From positions 1 through 33,296 of the forward strand of contig JANZZQ010000001.1 in NCBI GenBank assembly GCA_026419315.1: a stretch of DNA of 33,296 nucleotides. Reading direction: 5' to 3'. The number at the start of each line of letters is the position of its first letter. Position 1 is the stretch's first letter. Position numbers and translations under genes: made by a program. Below, piece by piece: positions 18,131 through 28,188 of the stretch. The notes under the pieces were generated by a model, which did no database searches, was not told the DNA's origin, and saw nothing but the letters and a program-made list of their open reading frames with translations. This stretch comes from Armatimonadota bacterium (lineage in GTDB: Bacteria > Armatimonadota > Fervidibacteria > Fervidibacterales > Fervidibacteraceae).

Positions 18131-19419
18131 TTGTCCTGAACCTCCTTTGAAGATTTTTCTCGCGAACTTTCGTCAATTGCAAACAACTTTTCAGCTGCTT
18201 CTATGATGCCGTCGGAGTGAGCCAACTGTTTGATGCGTCGCAGCGGTGCATCCAAAATCCACATTGTCAAAGCGCGAACTTTTGCGGCGATGGTTTGTTT
18301 CTCGTCCTCGCTTAAGTTGGGCAACTCGTTGAAAATCTCCTCCAAAGTTTGTTGAGCCTTCTGCTGGGTTTCTTTCAGGATATGAACTATAAGGGGCTTT
18401 GCTTTCCGCTCGCCCAACCATACGACAAAGTTTCTCAACTCGTGTTCTATCAGCGACTCAACCTTCGGGACCTCCTTCCGCCGCTCTTCCAAGTATTCCT
18501 GCACGACCTGCTCAAGGTCGTCAATGTCAAAAAGGAAGACATTGTCAAGTTCACCCGCTTCAGGGTCAATGTTTCTGGGAACAGCGATGTCGATGAGGAA
18601 TAACGGTCTATATCGGCGTTGACGGATCGCATTAGCTACCATCGTTTTTGTCAAGATGTAATGTTGTGCTCCCGTTGAAGCGATAATGATGTCGGCTCTT
18701 GGAAGGGTCTTTGCGAGTTCGTCAAAGGGGATAACTTGTCCTCCCAGTTTCGATGCAAGTTCCTCGGCTCGGCTTAAAGTTCGGTTGCAGACGAGCAGTT
18801 GTTTTGCCCCTGCTTGGACCAGCGCCTTAGCGGTATCGGTTCCCATCTCCCCAGCGCCGACGAGTAAAACCGTGCAAGTTTGCAAGTTAGCGAAAATGTG
18901 CTTTGCAAGTTCAACTGCGGCTCCGCCAACGGACATGGCTCCTTTGCTGATTCCCGTTTCGGCTCGTGCCCTCTTGCCAACTTTGATAGCCCGCCTGAAA
19001 AGTTCGCCCAAGTAAGTGCCAACAGCACCTAACTTTTGTGCTTCTTCGTATGCGTCTTTAACTTGCCCCAAAATCTGGGTTTCGCCCAACATCATTGAAT
19101 CAAGCCCGCAAGCGACCCTAAACAAGTGTCTTGCGGCTTCTTGGTCTTGGTATGCGTAAAACCGACTTTCCAACTCTTCCGCAGTGATGCCGAAAAAGGA
19201 AAGCCACAATGCAAGCAACTTGCTTTCGGAAATTCGTTCGCGGGTTGCAGCGTAAACTTCTGTGCGGTTGCAAGTTGAAAGCAAAACAACCTCATCAATG
19301 CCGTTGGCGAGAAAATAGTTGTAAGCGGTTGGCAAACAGTCTTCCGAGAACGCAACTTTTTCCCTTACCTCAACCGGCGCCACTTTGTGGTTTGTGCCGA
19401 CGACGAGAATGTGCATCAT
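18127..19419 (-). CDS. hemA: Glutamyl-tRNA reductase
   Basis: [22 protein letters not shown] (catalytic Cys), [31 protein letters not shown]. Confidence 0.97.
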   Translation of the reverse strand: MMHILVVGTNHKVAPVEVREKVAFSEDCLPTAYNYFLANGIDEVVLLSTCNRTEVYAATRERISESKLLALWLSFFGITAEELESRFYAYQDQEAARHLFRVACGLDSMMLGETQILGQVKDAYEEAQKLGAVGTYLGELFRRAIKVGKRARAETGISKGAMSVGGAAVELAKHIFANLQTCTVLLVGAGEMGTDTAKALVQAGAKQLLVCNRTLSRAEELASKLGGQVIPFDELAKTLPRADIIIASTGAQHYILTKTMVANAIRQRRYRPLFLIDIAVPRNIDPEAGELDNVFLFDIDDLEQVVQEYLEERRKEVPKVESLIEHELRNFVVWLGERKAKPLIVHILKETQQKAQQTLEEIFNELPNLSEDEKQTIAAKVRALTMWILDAPLRRIKQLAHSDGIIEAAEKLFAIDESSREKSSKEVQDK

Positions 19420-19520
19420 GGCTCATCTCCAACCGAAAAGTGAACATTGCCTATGAACCAAGTCTGCACCACTCGGTTTGAAAACCGGCGTGCCTGTAAC
19501 CATCCCTGAAGCGCCCCCAA

Positions 19521-19549
19521 ATGATACAAGTTGTTCAGTTTCCTCTCAA
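19521..19549 (-). promoter_or_regulatory. Candidate sigma70-type promoter for the hemA-redoxin unit
   Basis: TTGAGA-N17-TATCAT on the minus strand about 100 nt upstream of the hemA ATG; motif match only. Confidence 0.45.
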
Positions 19550-19856
19550 GCAGTGTCAGGAACTGCCCAACGCTGCATCTTTTTGAACCGTCAAGCCAAC
19601 AATTGTCATGGCAGTTTGCTTTGCAACGAAAATTCCACGTTACCCGCAACCCTCTGCGCAATTTGAACAAATGATGTTCATTTTTTCGCCTTCCACGGCG
19701 TTTCCCGACTATGGCGACTCGTTTCTTCTTTCAGAAAACCCATTCAGTATTGTGAGGCAAAAGGCACGGAAAGGGCATTGGGGAAGACCCCCAAAATTAC
19801 AGGCTTTACCTCAGCACCGACCTTCCGACAAACCTGAAGGGGATTGAGTTTGAACC

Positions 19857-21119
19857 TTATTTCCGCCTTTGCTCGAGGGCTTTGAGAACTTGAACCAAAG
19901 CGAGGTAAGCGGCACGCTCGCGAATTTGCTGTCTTGTGCCGCGAAGTTGAAAGCGTTCAACTTGGGTTTCTGTGGGGGTGCTGACAGCGATGAAAACAGT
20001 CCCGATGGGCTTATCGGGTTCGCCACCTGTCGGACCTGCATAGCCGGTTGTGGAGACACCGATGTGTGCTTTCAACCTCACCCGAACTTGATTTGCCATC
20101 CATTTTGCGCAAGTTTCGCTTACTTCGCCTTCCTTTTCCAAAACTTCCCAAGGAATGCCGAGCAGGTGCATCTTGACAGCATTGCAATAGGCGACTATCC
20201 CGCCCCGGACGTATTGACTACTACCGGGCACATTGATTAACGTTGAGCAAACTAAGCCGCCAGTGATCGATTCAGCGGTTGCGATTGTCAGCTTGAGCGC
20301 TTTCAACTTCTCACCCACTAAAACTTCAATTGGCTCATCTCCGACAGCGATTAGCCACTTGCCGACTTTTTCGCGGACTTTCGCTTCCATCTCGTCCAAC
20401 AGGGCGTTTGCTTTCTCCTCGTTTTGTGCTTTCGCTGCGATTCTGAGCCAAACTTCTCCGGGCTTGACCAATGTCCCCAGGGTTGGGTTACCGCTTTGCA
20501 TTAACTCGCCCAACTGGTCCGTCAAGGAAGATTCACCGATGCCAGAGAACCTGAGAATCCTCAACTTCAAAACTTCGCCAGAAATTTTCCTTTGCAACCG
20601 CGGGATGACTTCCCGTTCAAACATCGCCTCCACTTCGGCGGGGACGCCGGGCAAGGCTATTGCGATTTTGCCTTCCTTTTCCATCCAAATGCCGGGGGCG
20701 GTCCCAACCGGGTTGGGCAACCAATTGGCTCCCTCCGGCAAATCTGCTTGTTTGAGCAAGGTTTGCGAAGGCGTTATGCCCCGTTGGAGCAACAAATTTG
20801 ACAACCACTTTTCCGCTTCGGAATGGCGAACCAACCGAACCCCAAAAGCATCGGCTATGCCCAAAGCGGTCACATCATCCGGGGTAGGTCCAAGCCCCCC
20901 AGTGAGTAAAACGATGTCAGCCCTTGACAGCGCTTCGCGCACAGCACCAGCAATGCGCTGGGGATTGTCGCCAACGGTCAAACGACGATAAAGGTCTATT
21001 CCCAACTTGGCGAGTTGTTGCGAGAGGTAGACCGAGTTTGTGTCAACTACTTGACCGAGCAGCAATTCCGTGCCCACGCTTATGATTTCGGCTGTCATGG
21101 TTTTTGCCTCCCCTGTCAT
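19857..21119 (-). CDS. cinA: Competence/damage-inducible protein CinA (MoCF-like domain + NMN deamidase PncC domain)
   Basis: AEIISVGTELLLGQVVDTNS, TGGLGPTPDD, NPVGTAPG, LPGVP, AESITGG, GYAGPTGG. Start 21119 or 21098. Confidence 0.93.
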   Translation of the reverse strand: MTGEAKTMTAEIISVGTELLLGQVVDTNSVYLSQQLAKLGIDLYRRLTVGDNPQRIAGAVREALSRADIVLLTGGLGPTPDDVTALGIADAFGVRLVRHSEAEKWLSNLLLQRGITPSQTLLKQADLPEGANWLPNPVGTAPGIWMEKEGKIAIALPGVPAEVEAMFEREVIPRLQRKISGEVLKLRILRFSGIGESSLTDQLGELMQSGNPTLGTLVKPGEVWLRIAAKAQNEEKANALLDEMEAKVREKVGKWLIAVGDEPIEVLVGEKLKALKLTIATAESITGGLVCSTLINVPGSSQYVRGGIVAYCNAVKMHLLGIPWEVLEKEGEVSETCAKWMANQVRVRLKAHIGVSTTGYAGPTGGEPDKPIGTVFIAVSTPTETQVERFQLRGTRQQIRERAAYLALVQVLKALEQRRK

Positions 21120-22903
21120 TGCGTTCGCGCAACAATTTGGATTGGATAAAAGGAGCCGGCAGATGGAACGGTGATAACGTTGACAGTTCTCGTCTGGTTC
21201 GGTTGGAGCGTAAACTCATGAATCACGTGCTCGTCGTATGGACGGAGCAAGGGCAGCTCAACCAGCTTATCGTTAACCAAAAAAGCGCCTCGCACCACAC
21301 CACCGGCAGGCTCAACGACAACCTGGGCTTTCCATGAGCGACCGGTTGGGTTGACAAATTTGATTGTGACCTTGTAAAGGACACCGTAGTTTCCGTGAAG
21401 GGTCTTCCCTTTGAGCGGGTTCTTAAGACCGAATCGCCCAACACTTATGAAGTTCCAATTTTTGCCAGCGACGTGAGTCTCCTCAACGTTCTGGATAGGC
21501 TTAGGGTAGGGGGGAGGGTCACCAACCCCGGTTAGCGCTTCAACAAGCAAAGTTCCTGTCAACAGCTCGGTCTTAGGGGGTGCTATTGGAAGCGCAACAA
21601 CCCTATAACCTACACCTGCAACTTCCTCGAGTCTCGCTTCAACCAAGGCACTTGCTGTGTCGCGAGGTCTGAGCCCGAACCTCAAAAGCCGGTAAATACT
21701 TTGAGGCGGCAAGTGAATACGGATGGCGGCGTCGTAAAGCAAGGAATGCAAATAAGACGATGTTGCGTCGTGCCCGCACCTCAATTCGCTCTCTTGTGGA
21801 TTGCCGTAACCGAACCTGACGAGCAAAGGCACCCAATTGTCTTCAGTGTTGTGGAACTCAAAGACCAACCAAGCAGGACGGTTTACCCCGTTGCGGTGGT
21901 GAACCATGAACCGCATTGTTTGAGACGGTTGCAAAAGACCACGACACAAGACCCGGAACTCTTGGAAAGTTTCGGGGTCATTGCTTATAACGAGCAAATC
22001 CGCTTCGCCCAAAGATTGGGGGAAGGACTGGAGCGGGACATTCACGATTTCATCCAGGGGCAAAAGTTGTTCACCCATCGCTTGAATTCGCCACTGGTAG
22101 GTTGTGTTGGTGGAAAGGAGACTGACAGAATCGTTAACCGGGAACAAAGTCCAACGAGCACCCAATCGGACATCCAAAGTCCTCATAACAGCGTTCTCCA
22201 CAGCCTCACGAACCATCGCGGCACTGACTTGGGCTCCTCTCACCCACGCGACAGGCTTGTTCTTCCAAGTAGCGGCTCGGTAAAGAACTCGGAAAGGCAA
22301 CCGAATTCCAACTGTCCCCTTGACGATCCTTAATACCCCAGCGCCCGCGTCGATACCGGTGAGGGTGATCGAACGACCATCGGGGTTCACCTTCAGTTTC
22401 AAAAGTTCAGGCGGTATGGCTTCAACTTGTATTGAACCTTCAGCGGTTCCAAACAACTGAACGGTTGTGCTCTCCCCAACGGGGACCACAAGTTCCGTCA
22501 ACTGGACAGCCAACCAGCGCCATCCAAAAACTTCCCTCAACCTTTGTGCCCAATGCTCCGCCAAAGCCTTGGTATCGCTGCGAGCAGAGCGGGCAACTTG
22601 GTGAGTTACTGTCAAAATGGGTTCGTTGTTGACAGTTATGTTGAATCCTCCTTGAACTTGAACGATAGCGATTGCTTCGGGCTTCGTCCCTTGCCACAGA
22701 AGCTGATTTAGCCTTTCAGCAATTTGCTGAACTTGCGAGACCGCATCTTGGCCTCGCCAACGCAAAATCGTTTGTCCAGCCGCCCTTAATTCAGCCATAT
22801 CGTCGCTAACTTTTTGAGCCTCAAATTTCCAACTGACGGTCCAATTTTGTCGGTCAAACCCAAAGCAACAGACAGCAAAAATCGCTGATAGCATAACCAG
22901 CAA
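21116..22903 (-). CDS. Hypothetical exported protein (595 aa)
   Basis: Long ORF co-oriented with the operon, hydrophobic N-terminus, stop overlaps the cinA start; no family recognised. Confidence 0.8.
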   Translation of the reverse strand: MLVMLSAIFAVCCFGFDRQNWTVSWKFEAQKVSDDMAELRAAGQTILRWRGQDAVSQVQQIAERLNQLLWQGTKPEAIAIVQVQGGFNITVNNEPILTVTHQVARSARSDTKALAEHWAQRLREVFGWRWLAVQLTELVVPVGESTTVQLFGTAEGSIQVEAIPPELLKLKVNPDGRSITLTGIDAGAGVLRIVKGTVGIRLPFRVLYRAATWKNKPVAWVRGAQVSAAMVREAVENAVMRTLDVRLGARWTLFPVNDSVSLLSTNTTYQWRIQAMGEQLLPLDEIVNVPLQSFPQSLGEADLLVISNDPETFQEFRVLCRGLLQPSQTMRFMVHHRNGVNRPAWLVFEFHNTEDNWVPLLVRFGYGNPQESELRCGHDATSSYLHSLLYDAAIRIHLPPQSIYRLLRFGLRPRDTASALVEARLEEVAGVGYRVVALPIAPPKTELLTGTLLVEALTGVGDPPPYPKPIQNVEETHVAGKNWNFISVGRFGLKNPLKGKTLHGNYGVLYKVTIKFVNPTGRSWKAQVVVEPAGGVVRGAFLVNDKLVELPLLRPYDEHVIHEFTLQPNQTRTVNVITVPSAGSFYPIQIVARTQ

Positions 22904-22960
22904 CCTCAGCGCTTTTGCACCTCCTTCAAAATTTTTCAGCTCGGCAAGGGCTTAGCCTTT

Positions 22961-24028
22961 TCAAAATGACCGATCTTGCGAACGGGTTTCTCTCTCTAAA
23001 GCTTCAACTCGCTGTGAGATTTGCCGAAGCAATTTTAAGGCATCTGGGAGTTCATTCAACGCCGCTTCAATTCTCAACCATTGCATCCTCGTGCGTGCTG
23101 GGTAGCCAGCCCACTGGGTTTTCGGCGGTGCGTCGTTCATCAAGCCGGATTTGGCGAGCAAAGCTGCTCCGTCGCCAATTTGGACATGGTCAGCAATCCC
23201 GACTTGACCGCCCATCACCACTCCGCTGCCGACTCGAACGCTCCCCGAAAGTCCTACTTGTCCCGCCAAAACGCAATGGGAACCTAAAACACAGTTATGG
23301 GCAATTTGGACGAGATTGTCAATTTTTGTCCCCTTGCCGATCCTCGTCTCGCCCAAAGTTGCCCGGTCAATGCAAACGTTTGCTCCTATCTCAACATCGT
23401 CCTCAATCACAACTGTCCCAACTTGAGGAACCCTTCGGTGTCGTTCGCCATCCCAAACGAAACCGAAACCTTCCTTGCCAATCACCGCACCAGCGTGAAT
23501 GACCACTCGGTCACCGATTGTCACATTGTCGTAAATCGTGACATGTGGGTGGATGCGACATTGAGAGCCAATTCGAACACGCTTGCCAATGTAAGCGTGC
23601 GGATAGATAATCGTTCCATCACCTATCAAAGTGCCGTCGCCAACGATAGCGTAATCTCCGATAAACACCCCAGCCCCCAACTGAACGTTTTCGCCAACGA
23701 TTGCTGTTCGGCTAATTCCCGGTGGGAAAGTTTCTGGTGGGAACAAAGTTTCAAGCAAAACAGCCATCGCCAAGCGGGGATTTGCGACGAGGACGAGGGG
23801 TTTCTCCGGGCGAGCGAATTCCCGTGAAGTAACAACCGCTGTCGCTTGACTGGAGAAGGCTTGTTCGGCGAAAGTTTTTGACCAAACGAAAACCAAATCC
23901 CCGGGTTGAGCGGTTTGAGGCTCGCTCAACCCGGATATGAGGGTTTCCGGGTCTCCAACCAATTCGCCATTAACAATTTCGCAAATGAGTCGCAAAGGTA
24001 GGGGTGAAGGGAAGTTTGTCCGAGCCAT
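22961..24028 (-). CDS. lpxD: UDP-3-O-(3-hydroxyacyl)glucosamine N-acyltransferase
   Basis: Hexapeptide repeats, GKEGFGF, PQVGTVVIEDDVEIGANVCIDRA, TKIDNLVQIAHN, GGQVGIADH. Confidence 0.96.
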   Translation of the reverse strand: MARTNFPSPLPLRLICEIVNGELVGDPETLISGLSEPQTAQPGDLVFVWSKTFAEQAFSSQATAVVTSREFARPEKPLVLVANPRLAMAVLLETLFPPETFPPGISRTAIVGENVQLGAGVFIGDYAIVGDGTLIGDGTIIYPHAYIGKRVRIGSQCRIHPHVTIYDNVTIGDRVVIHAGAVIGKEGFGFVWDGERHRRVPQVGTVVIEDDVEIGANVCIDRATLGETRIGKGTKIDNLVQIAHNCVLGSHCVLAGQVGLSGSVRVGSGVVMGGQVGIADHVQIGDGAALLAKSGLMNDAPPKTQWAGYPARTRMQWLRIEAALNELPDALKLLRQISQRVEALERETRSQDRSF

Positions 24029-24037
24029 TTCACTGCC

Positions 24038-24925
24038 TCACTCCTTCACCTGAAAGCTTTTGAGCCATTGCTGCCACGCCCTCTTGACTTCGTTAGTGGC
24101 ATCTGGCAGTTTTGAATGGGGCGAAAAAGTGACCTTCCATCCCCTTCGCTTTGCGTAGGCGACGGCAAAGCTCTTCGCCGCTTCAAACGCAATTGAGCGC
24201 AATGTCGTTACAGCATTACCGCTAAGCGGTCGCAAACTCGAATCGTCAATGTCCGAGATTTGAACCTGTAAAGTTTGCCTTGATGGGAAAAGCGAGGGTG
24301 AGGTAAGGTCAAGAATCCTTTGCGGATCAGTCAAAGGCAGAGGCGGTGTCAATTCAAATCCTTGTGCCGGCGAGATCGGGATGAGAATCGGTTGAGAGAT
24401 AATAGGTGGCGACTCAAGCTCTGCATCTAACTCCCGCTTACGCTGTTCCAAGGCAGCCTTTTCCTCAGGTGAAAGCATGTCTGCGAAGGAGAGCCTTAAG
24501 TTGAGCCTAACCCGTTCAGCTGCCTGCCTTTCCCCCTGTTGAACTCTAAACTTCCAACGGGCGACGGGATCTGTGAGTGGCAAAGGCGGTAAAAGCAAAT
24601 GCATCTGCCAAGCCAAAATTTGCTTTTGCTTCCTTTGCAGCAACTCTAACTCGTTCGTCCACTTCCTTTTTTGTTCTTCAAACCAGTCGGCTAGTTGACC
24701 GCCCTGCAACGTTGGGGCAGGCATAGTCAAATCCGGCAAGGGAAGGATGCGGGGGGACCAGGTCAAGACACTGGGTTTGGGCTTGCGGTTGATAAAGTCT
24801 ACCAGTTGCCATGCTGGGTGGAGCGTTGCCAATCGTTCCAAGTCAACGAAAACGGCGTCTTGACTGTGGGAATCGCTGATGGCGAAGAAAAACAAAGCGA
24901 GCATCCATTTTCGTCGCACCATCAC
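24038..24925 (-). CDS. Exported protein, possibly a divergent Skp/OmpH-like paralogue
   Basis: Signal peptide, AVFVDLERL at the N-terminus and AYAKRRGWKVTF...DATNEV at the C-terminus echo OmpH termini; Pro-rich middle. Confidence 0.5.
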   Translation of the reverse strand: MMVRRKWMLALFFFAISDSHSQDAVFVDLERLATLHPAWQLVDFINRKPKPSVLTWSPRILPLPDLTMPAPTLQGGQLADWFEEQKRKWTNELELLQRKQKQILAWQMHLLLPPLPLTDPVARWKFRVQQGERQAAERVRLNLRLSFADMLSPEEKAALEQRKRELDAELESPPIISQPILIPISPAQGFELTPPLPLTDPQRILDLTSPSLFPSRQTLQVQISDIDDSSLRPLSGNAVTTLRSIAFEAAKSFAVAYAKRRGWKVTFSPHSKLPDATNEVKRAWQQWLKSFQVKE

Positions 24926-25632
24926 TGTTTCGCTTCCTTTTCCGTTTGTTTCTCCTCCTGCCCTTCATGCTCTCCCGATTGAAGGGCTTGAGTCAATTTA
25001 GAGAGAACCTCTTCGGTCACATCAATGAAGTCGCCGCGAACGAAATAAACGACGCTTTTGTCAAGCACCAGGTCAAGCCCTCGTTCATCGGCAACTTTCT
25101 TGACAGCCTGTTGGAGTTTTTCGTCGACGAGTTTGTTCAGTCGCTCTTCAACCCTTTTCATTTCTTCGTCCATCAAGTTTTTGAGTTGCTCGATTTCGGA
25201 CCTCGCCTCTTTCCAGATTTGAGTCAACTGCTCCAAACGAGCCCGCTCTTGAGGTGTGAGTTTATCTGGTTGGGTTTGTTGTAACCTTTGCAACTCCGCC
25301 TCCCGCTCAAGGGAAACTCTACGCAACTGCTGAATTTGCTGCTCTTCGCTTTTAGTCCGGTGAGGTCGGCTAAGCAGTCGCCTTAAATCCACCCATTCCA
25401 ACCCAGTCAGCATCAAGAAATTCTGTCTCAAGTTGATCAGTTCAAGGTATGCCCGTCGTTGCTCGTCGTAGACTCGCCTCAATTCGGCGATACTCTGAAC
25501 TTCTCTCGCCATGCGGGCACCGTTTAAAGCCCCAACTTTCAGTCCCCCTTGCACTGAGGAAGAGCTCCGCTGCCACAGGAGAAGTGTCAAGCAAAAACTG
25601 AGCAAAACCACCACAAACAGCGCCCGCTTCAT
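24922..25632 (-). CDS. OmpH/Skp family periplasmic chaperone
   Basis: Signal peptide, long coiled coil, C-terminal AVKKVADERGLDLVLDKSVVY...IDVTEEVL. Confidence 0.85.
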   Translation of the reverse strand: MKRALFVVVLLSFCLTLLLWQRSSSSVQGGLKVGALNGARMAREVQSIAELRRVYDEQRRAYLELINLRQNFLMLTGLEWVDLRRLLSRPHRTKSEEQQIQQLRRVSLEREAELQRLQQTQPDKLTPQERARLEQLTQIWKEARSEIEQLKNLMDEEMKRVEERLNKLVDEKLQQAVKKVADERGLDLVLDKSVVYFVRGDFIDVTEEVLSKLTQALQSGEHEGQEEKQTEKEAKQ

Positions 25633-25649
25633 GCTTTCTCACCTCAAGG

Positions 25650-26303
25650 CTACTTGTTTGAGTTCAGGATTTCAAGCATCCTGTCCGTCACATCAAGGTT
25701 TGGTTCGGCGTAAAGCACCAAGTCGTCATCAGCAATCATGACGATTTTCAAGCCAAGTTGTTGCGCCACTTGCTTCGCGGCTTCGCGTATTCGGTCGCGG
25801 TGGCGAGTCGTTAGGATTTCGTTGAGTTTTGTGAGTTCTTCCTCAAACTTTTGCATCAGTTTCTGCAACTTTTCCCGATTGGAGTTTTGAAGGTTCAGCA
25901 AGTATTCAAGTCGCTTCCGCTCCTGTTCGTTCTTGCTCTCTTTGAGTTGCAGGTGTTGAAGTTCGGTGAACCGTTGTTCGGACAATTTCCGCAGTTCCTC
26001 CAATCGCTTCCGCTCTGCGTCGGTCAGTTTCCCCTGGGCTTCTTTTTGCTCCAAGTTATCCAGCTCTTCCCACTCTTTCGCCTCCAAAAGCGCCCTCGCT
26101 TCCAACATCCTTTGTCGTCGCTGGACAGTTTGGCGATACTGCTCGTCATCCTGCTTAAGGGCTTGGTAGTTGGCGACGAGTTTTTCCATGTCAACCAAAC
26201 CGATTGTGACTGGCTGATTGAGAGAATCAAAAGTCATCGCGCGCCACGCAGTTAAGGTCAAGAGAGAACCAAAGGCGAAAATCAGCCAAATCCATCGGCT
26301 CAT
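25650..26303 (-). CDS. OmpH/Skp family periplasmic chaperone
   Basis: IGLVDMEKL, coiled coil, AAKQVAQQLGLKIV...VLYAEPNLDVTDRMLEILN. Confidence 0.88.
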   Translation of the reverse strand: MSRWIWLIFAFGSLLTLTAWRAMTFDSLNQPVTIGLVDMEKLVANYQALKQDDEQYRQTVQRRQRMLEARALLEAKEWEELDNLEQKEAQGKLTDAERKRLEELRKLSEQRFTELQHLQLKESKNEQERKRLEYLLNLQNSNREKLQKLMQKFEEELTKLNEILTTRHRDRIREAAKQVAQQLGLKIVMIADDDLVLYAEPNLDVTDRMLEILNSNK

Positions 26304-26367
26304 CTTCAGTCACTCCTTATTGCAAGGATTTTTGATTTGCTTTCCTCAGTTGCTAAGCGAAGCGATT

Positions 26368-28140
26368 TCAGAAAGCGGAGCCGACGCTGAAGTGCGTTCT
26401 TTGCCCTTCTTCGCCGAAGCCGAAGTCAAATCTCAAGAGACCAAAAGGCGTTACGAACCTAATTCCGAACCCGTAACCAACTTTCAACCTCAGAGTATCG
26501 CGCCGCTTAGGCTCCCCTGCCTGAGCCGCTTTCAAATCCAAGGAGTTTGGTCCGCCGAAGGCGTCACCGATGTCAACGAACAGGACACCTTGAAGTTCTT
26601 TGCGGAACCTTCGCCTCAACTCGGCGTTGAAGACAACCATGTGCCTTCCGACGAACCTGTCAATAGTGTAACCTCGAAGGGTTTCTGCCCCACCGACGAA
26701 GAAGTTTTCAAAAATCGGGACAGAACCAATGGCAGTTCCAACCAAAAGCCGGGAAGCAAAGACTGTGTTTTTGCCTTGGGGGATATACCGGCGCCAGTCA
26801 AGAAGCAGTTTGGCGAAGGAACGGGACTCCCCAAACAATTTGGGTGCCAGCTCCAACTCTCCCTCAAAGTAGGTTCCCCGCGACGGGTCAAAAGGAAAAT
26901 CCCGGGTATCAATCAAACGGCTGTACGCAATGCCTGTTACCCAACCTTGGTCTGCTTTACCTCCAACTTGCTCAATCGTTCCACCAACAATTCGGCGTTG
27001 CTGAAAGTAAACTCGTTCCGTTCGCAGTTTCAGTTCGTGCCACAAGTAATCGCCTTGAGGGCGGCGAACGCTCATCCTGATGCCACGTCGAATCTCAGAA
27101 AACAGCAAATCCTCAGTGATCGTCCCTTGTCCGCCACCGAGCACCAAGGCAGTTGTTGGCTCCCGGTAGAAACTCCTGTCAAAGATGTTTATGGCAAAGC
27201 CGGTCCTTTTGCTGTCAATCCAAGGTCGGTAATAGTAAAAGTCGAAACCTTTGCGGTCAAAAAACTCCACCATCAACCTGAGGTGTTGTCCCAAACCGCG
27301 AAAGTTAGTGTCTTGAACGGCGGCGAACCCGACAATTTCGTCGCGGGAACTATAACCCAAACCGATGTTCGCCATTCCCGTCTTCTTCTCTTTCAACCGG
27401 TAGGTGACTTCCACCCCCAGCTCGCCAGTTTTCGGGTCCTCCACGTCCCTCTGCTCAACAATGACTTCCTCAAAAATGTCAAGCAAAAATAGCCTGCGCC
27501 TATCCTCTTCAATGACCCGTTGGTTGTAAAGTTGCCCCTCCCTCAGTTCCAATTCACGCCAAACCACTTTTTCCTTCGTTTTGGGCTTTTGCCCAAGGTC
27601 AATCTTCACACTAACGACTTTCAATTCCTGGATGGGGATGATTATGGTTCCGTCTTCAAGAATGTCCGGGGCTTGAGGCTGTGCGATGTATCCGTTGGCG
27701 ATGTATAGGTCTTGAATGCGTTGCAAGTCTCGCCGCAAAGCGTGGAAGTTCAGGATTTTACCTGGCTGAGTTTGCATCACTGCTTTCAACTTTTCCGAGG
27801 GGATTGCGGTGTTGCCTTTGAAAACGATGTCCTTAACCACGGGGTTCTCAAAAACTCGGACGATCAAAATTAGACGCCCCTCTGGGGTCAGCATAGGCAG
27901 AACAACGGGGCTTTGGGAGAAGAAACCCATGTCGTAAATCGCATCAATGTCTTTCTTCAACCTCGCCATTGAAAAAGGCATCCCGACCTTCGTGTCCATG
28001 ACCATCAGGATGCTTTCGGCGGGCACTTCCTTGTTGCCCTCAACTCGGATTTCAGCTACCTCCCGCCCTTCTATTTCCTGAGCCCAAAGAGCTGGCGAAA
28101 GAAGTAGCAGGACAGGAATCACCATCATCCATCGCACCAT
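26368..28140 (-). CDS. bamA: Omp85/BamA family outer-membrane protein assembly factor with three POTRA domains
   Basis: Signal peptide, three POTRA-like repeats, NFRGLGQ, GGAETLRGY, GFGIRFVTPFGLLRFDFG, terminal Phe. ATG 28140 follows GGAGG. Confidence 0.9.
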   Translation of the reverse strand: MVRWMMVIPVLLLLSPALWAQEIEGREVAEIRVEGNKEVPAESILMVMDTKVGMPFSMARLKKDIDAIYDMGFFSQSPVVLPMLTPEGRLILIVRVFENPVVKDIVFKGNTAIPSEKLKAVMQTQPGKILNFHALRRDLQRIQDLYIANGYIAQPQAPDILEDGTIIIPIQELKVVSVKIDLGQKPKTKEKVVWRELELREGQLYNQRVIEEDRRRLFLLDIFEEVIVEQRDVEDPKTGELGVEVTYRLKEKKTGMANIGLGYSSRDEIVGFAAVQDTNFRGLGQHLRLMVEFFDRKGFDFYYYRPWIDSKRTGFAINIFDRSFYREPTTALVLGGGQGTITEDLLFSEIRRGIRMSVRRPQGDYLWHELKLRTERVYFQQRRIVGGTIEQVGGKADQGWVTGIAYSRLIDTRDFPFDPSRGTYFEGELELAPKLFGESRSFAKLLLDWRRYIPQGKNTVFASRLLVGTAIGSVPIFENFFVGGAETLRGYTIDRFVGRHMVVFNAELRRRFRKELQGVLFVDIGDAFGGPNSLDLKAAQAGEPKRRDTLRLKVGYGFGIRFVTPFGLLRFDFGFGEEGQRTHFSVGSAF

Positions 28141-28188
28141 AATTTGACCCTCCAAAACCTCAGGGTTTCAATGCTAAGCTCCATTAGG

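Noticed and set aside
19416-19670. 84-aa minus ORF ending at the hemA start
   Set aside because: Weak start without RBS, overlaps the candidate hemA promoter, no family similarity.
26218-27492. 424-aa plus-strand ORF
   Set aside because: Antisense shadow of bamA with no recognisable motifs.
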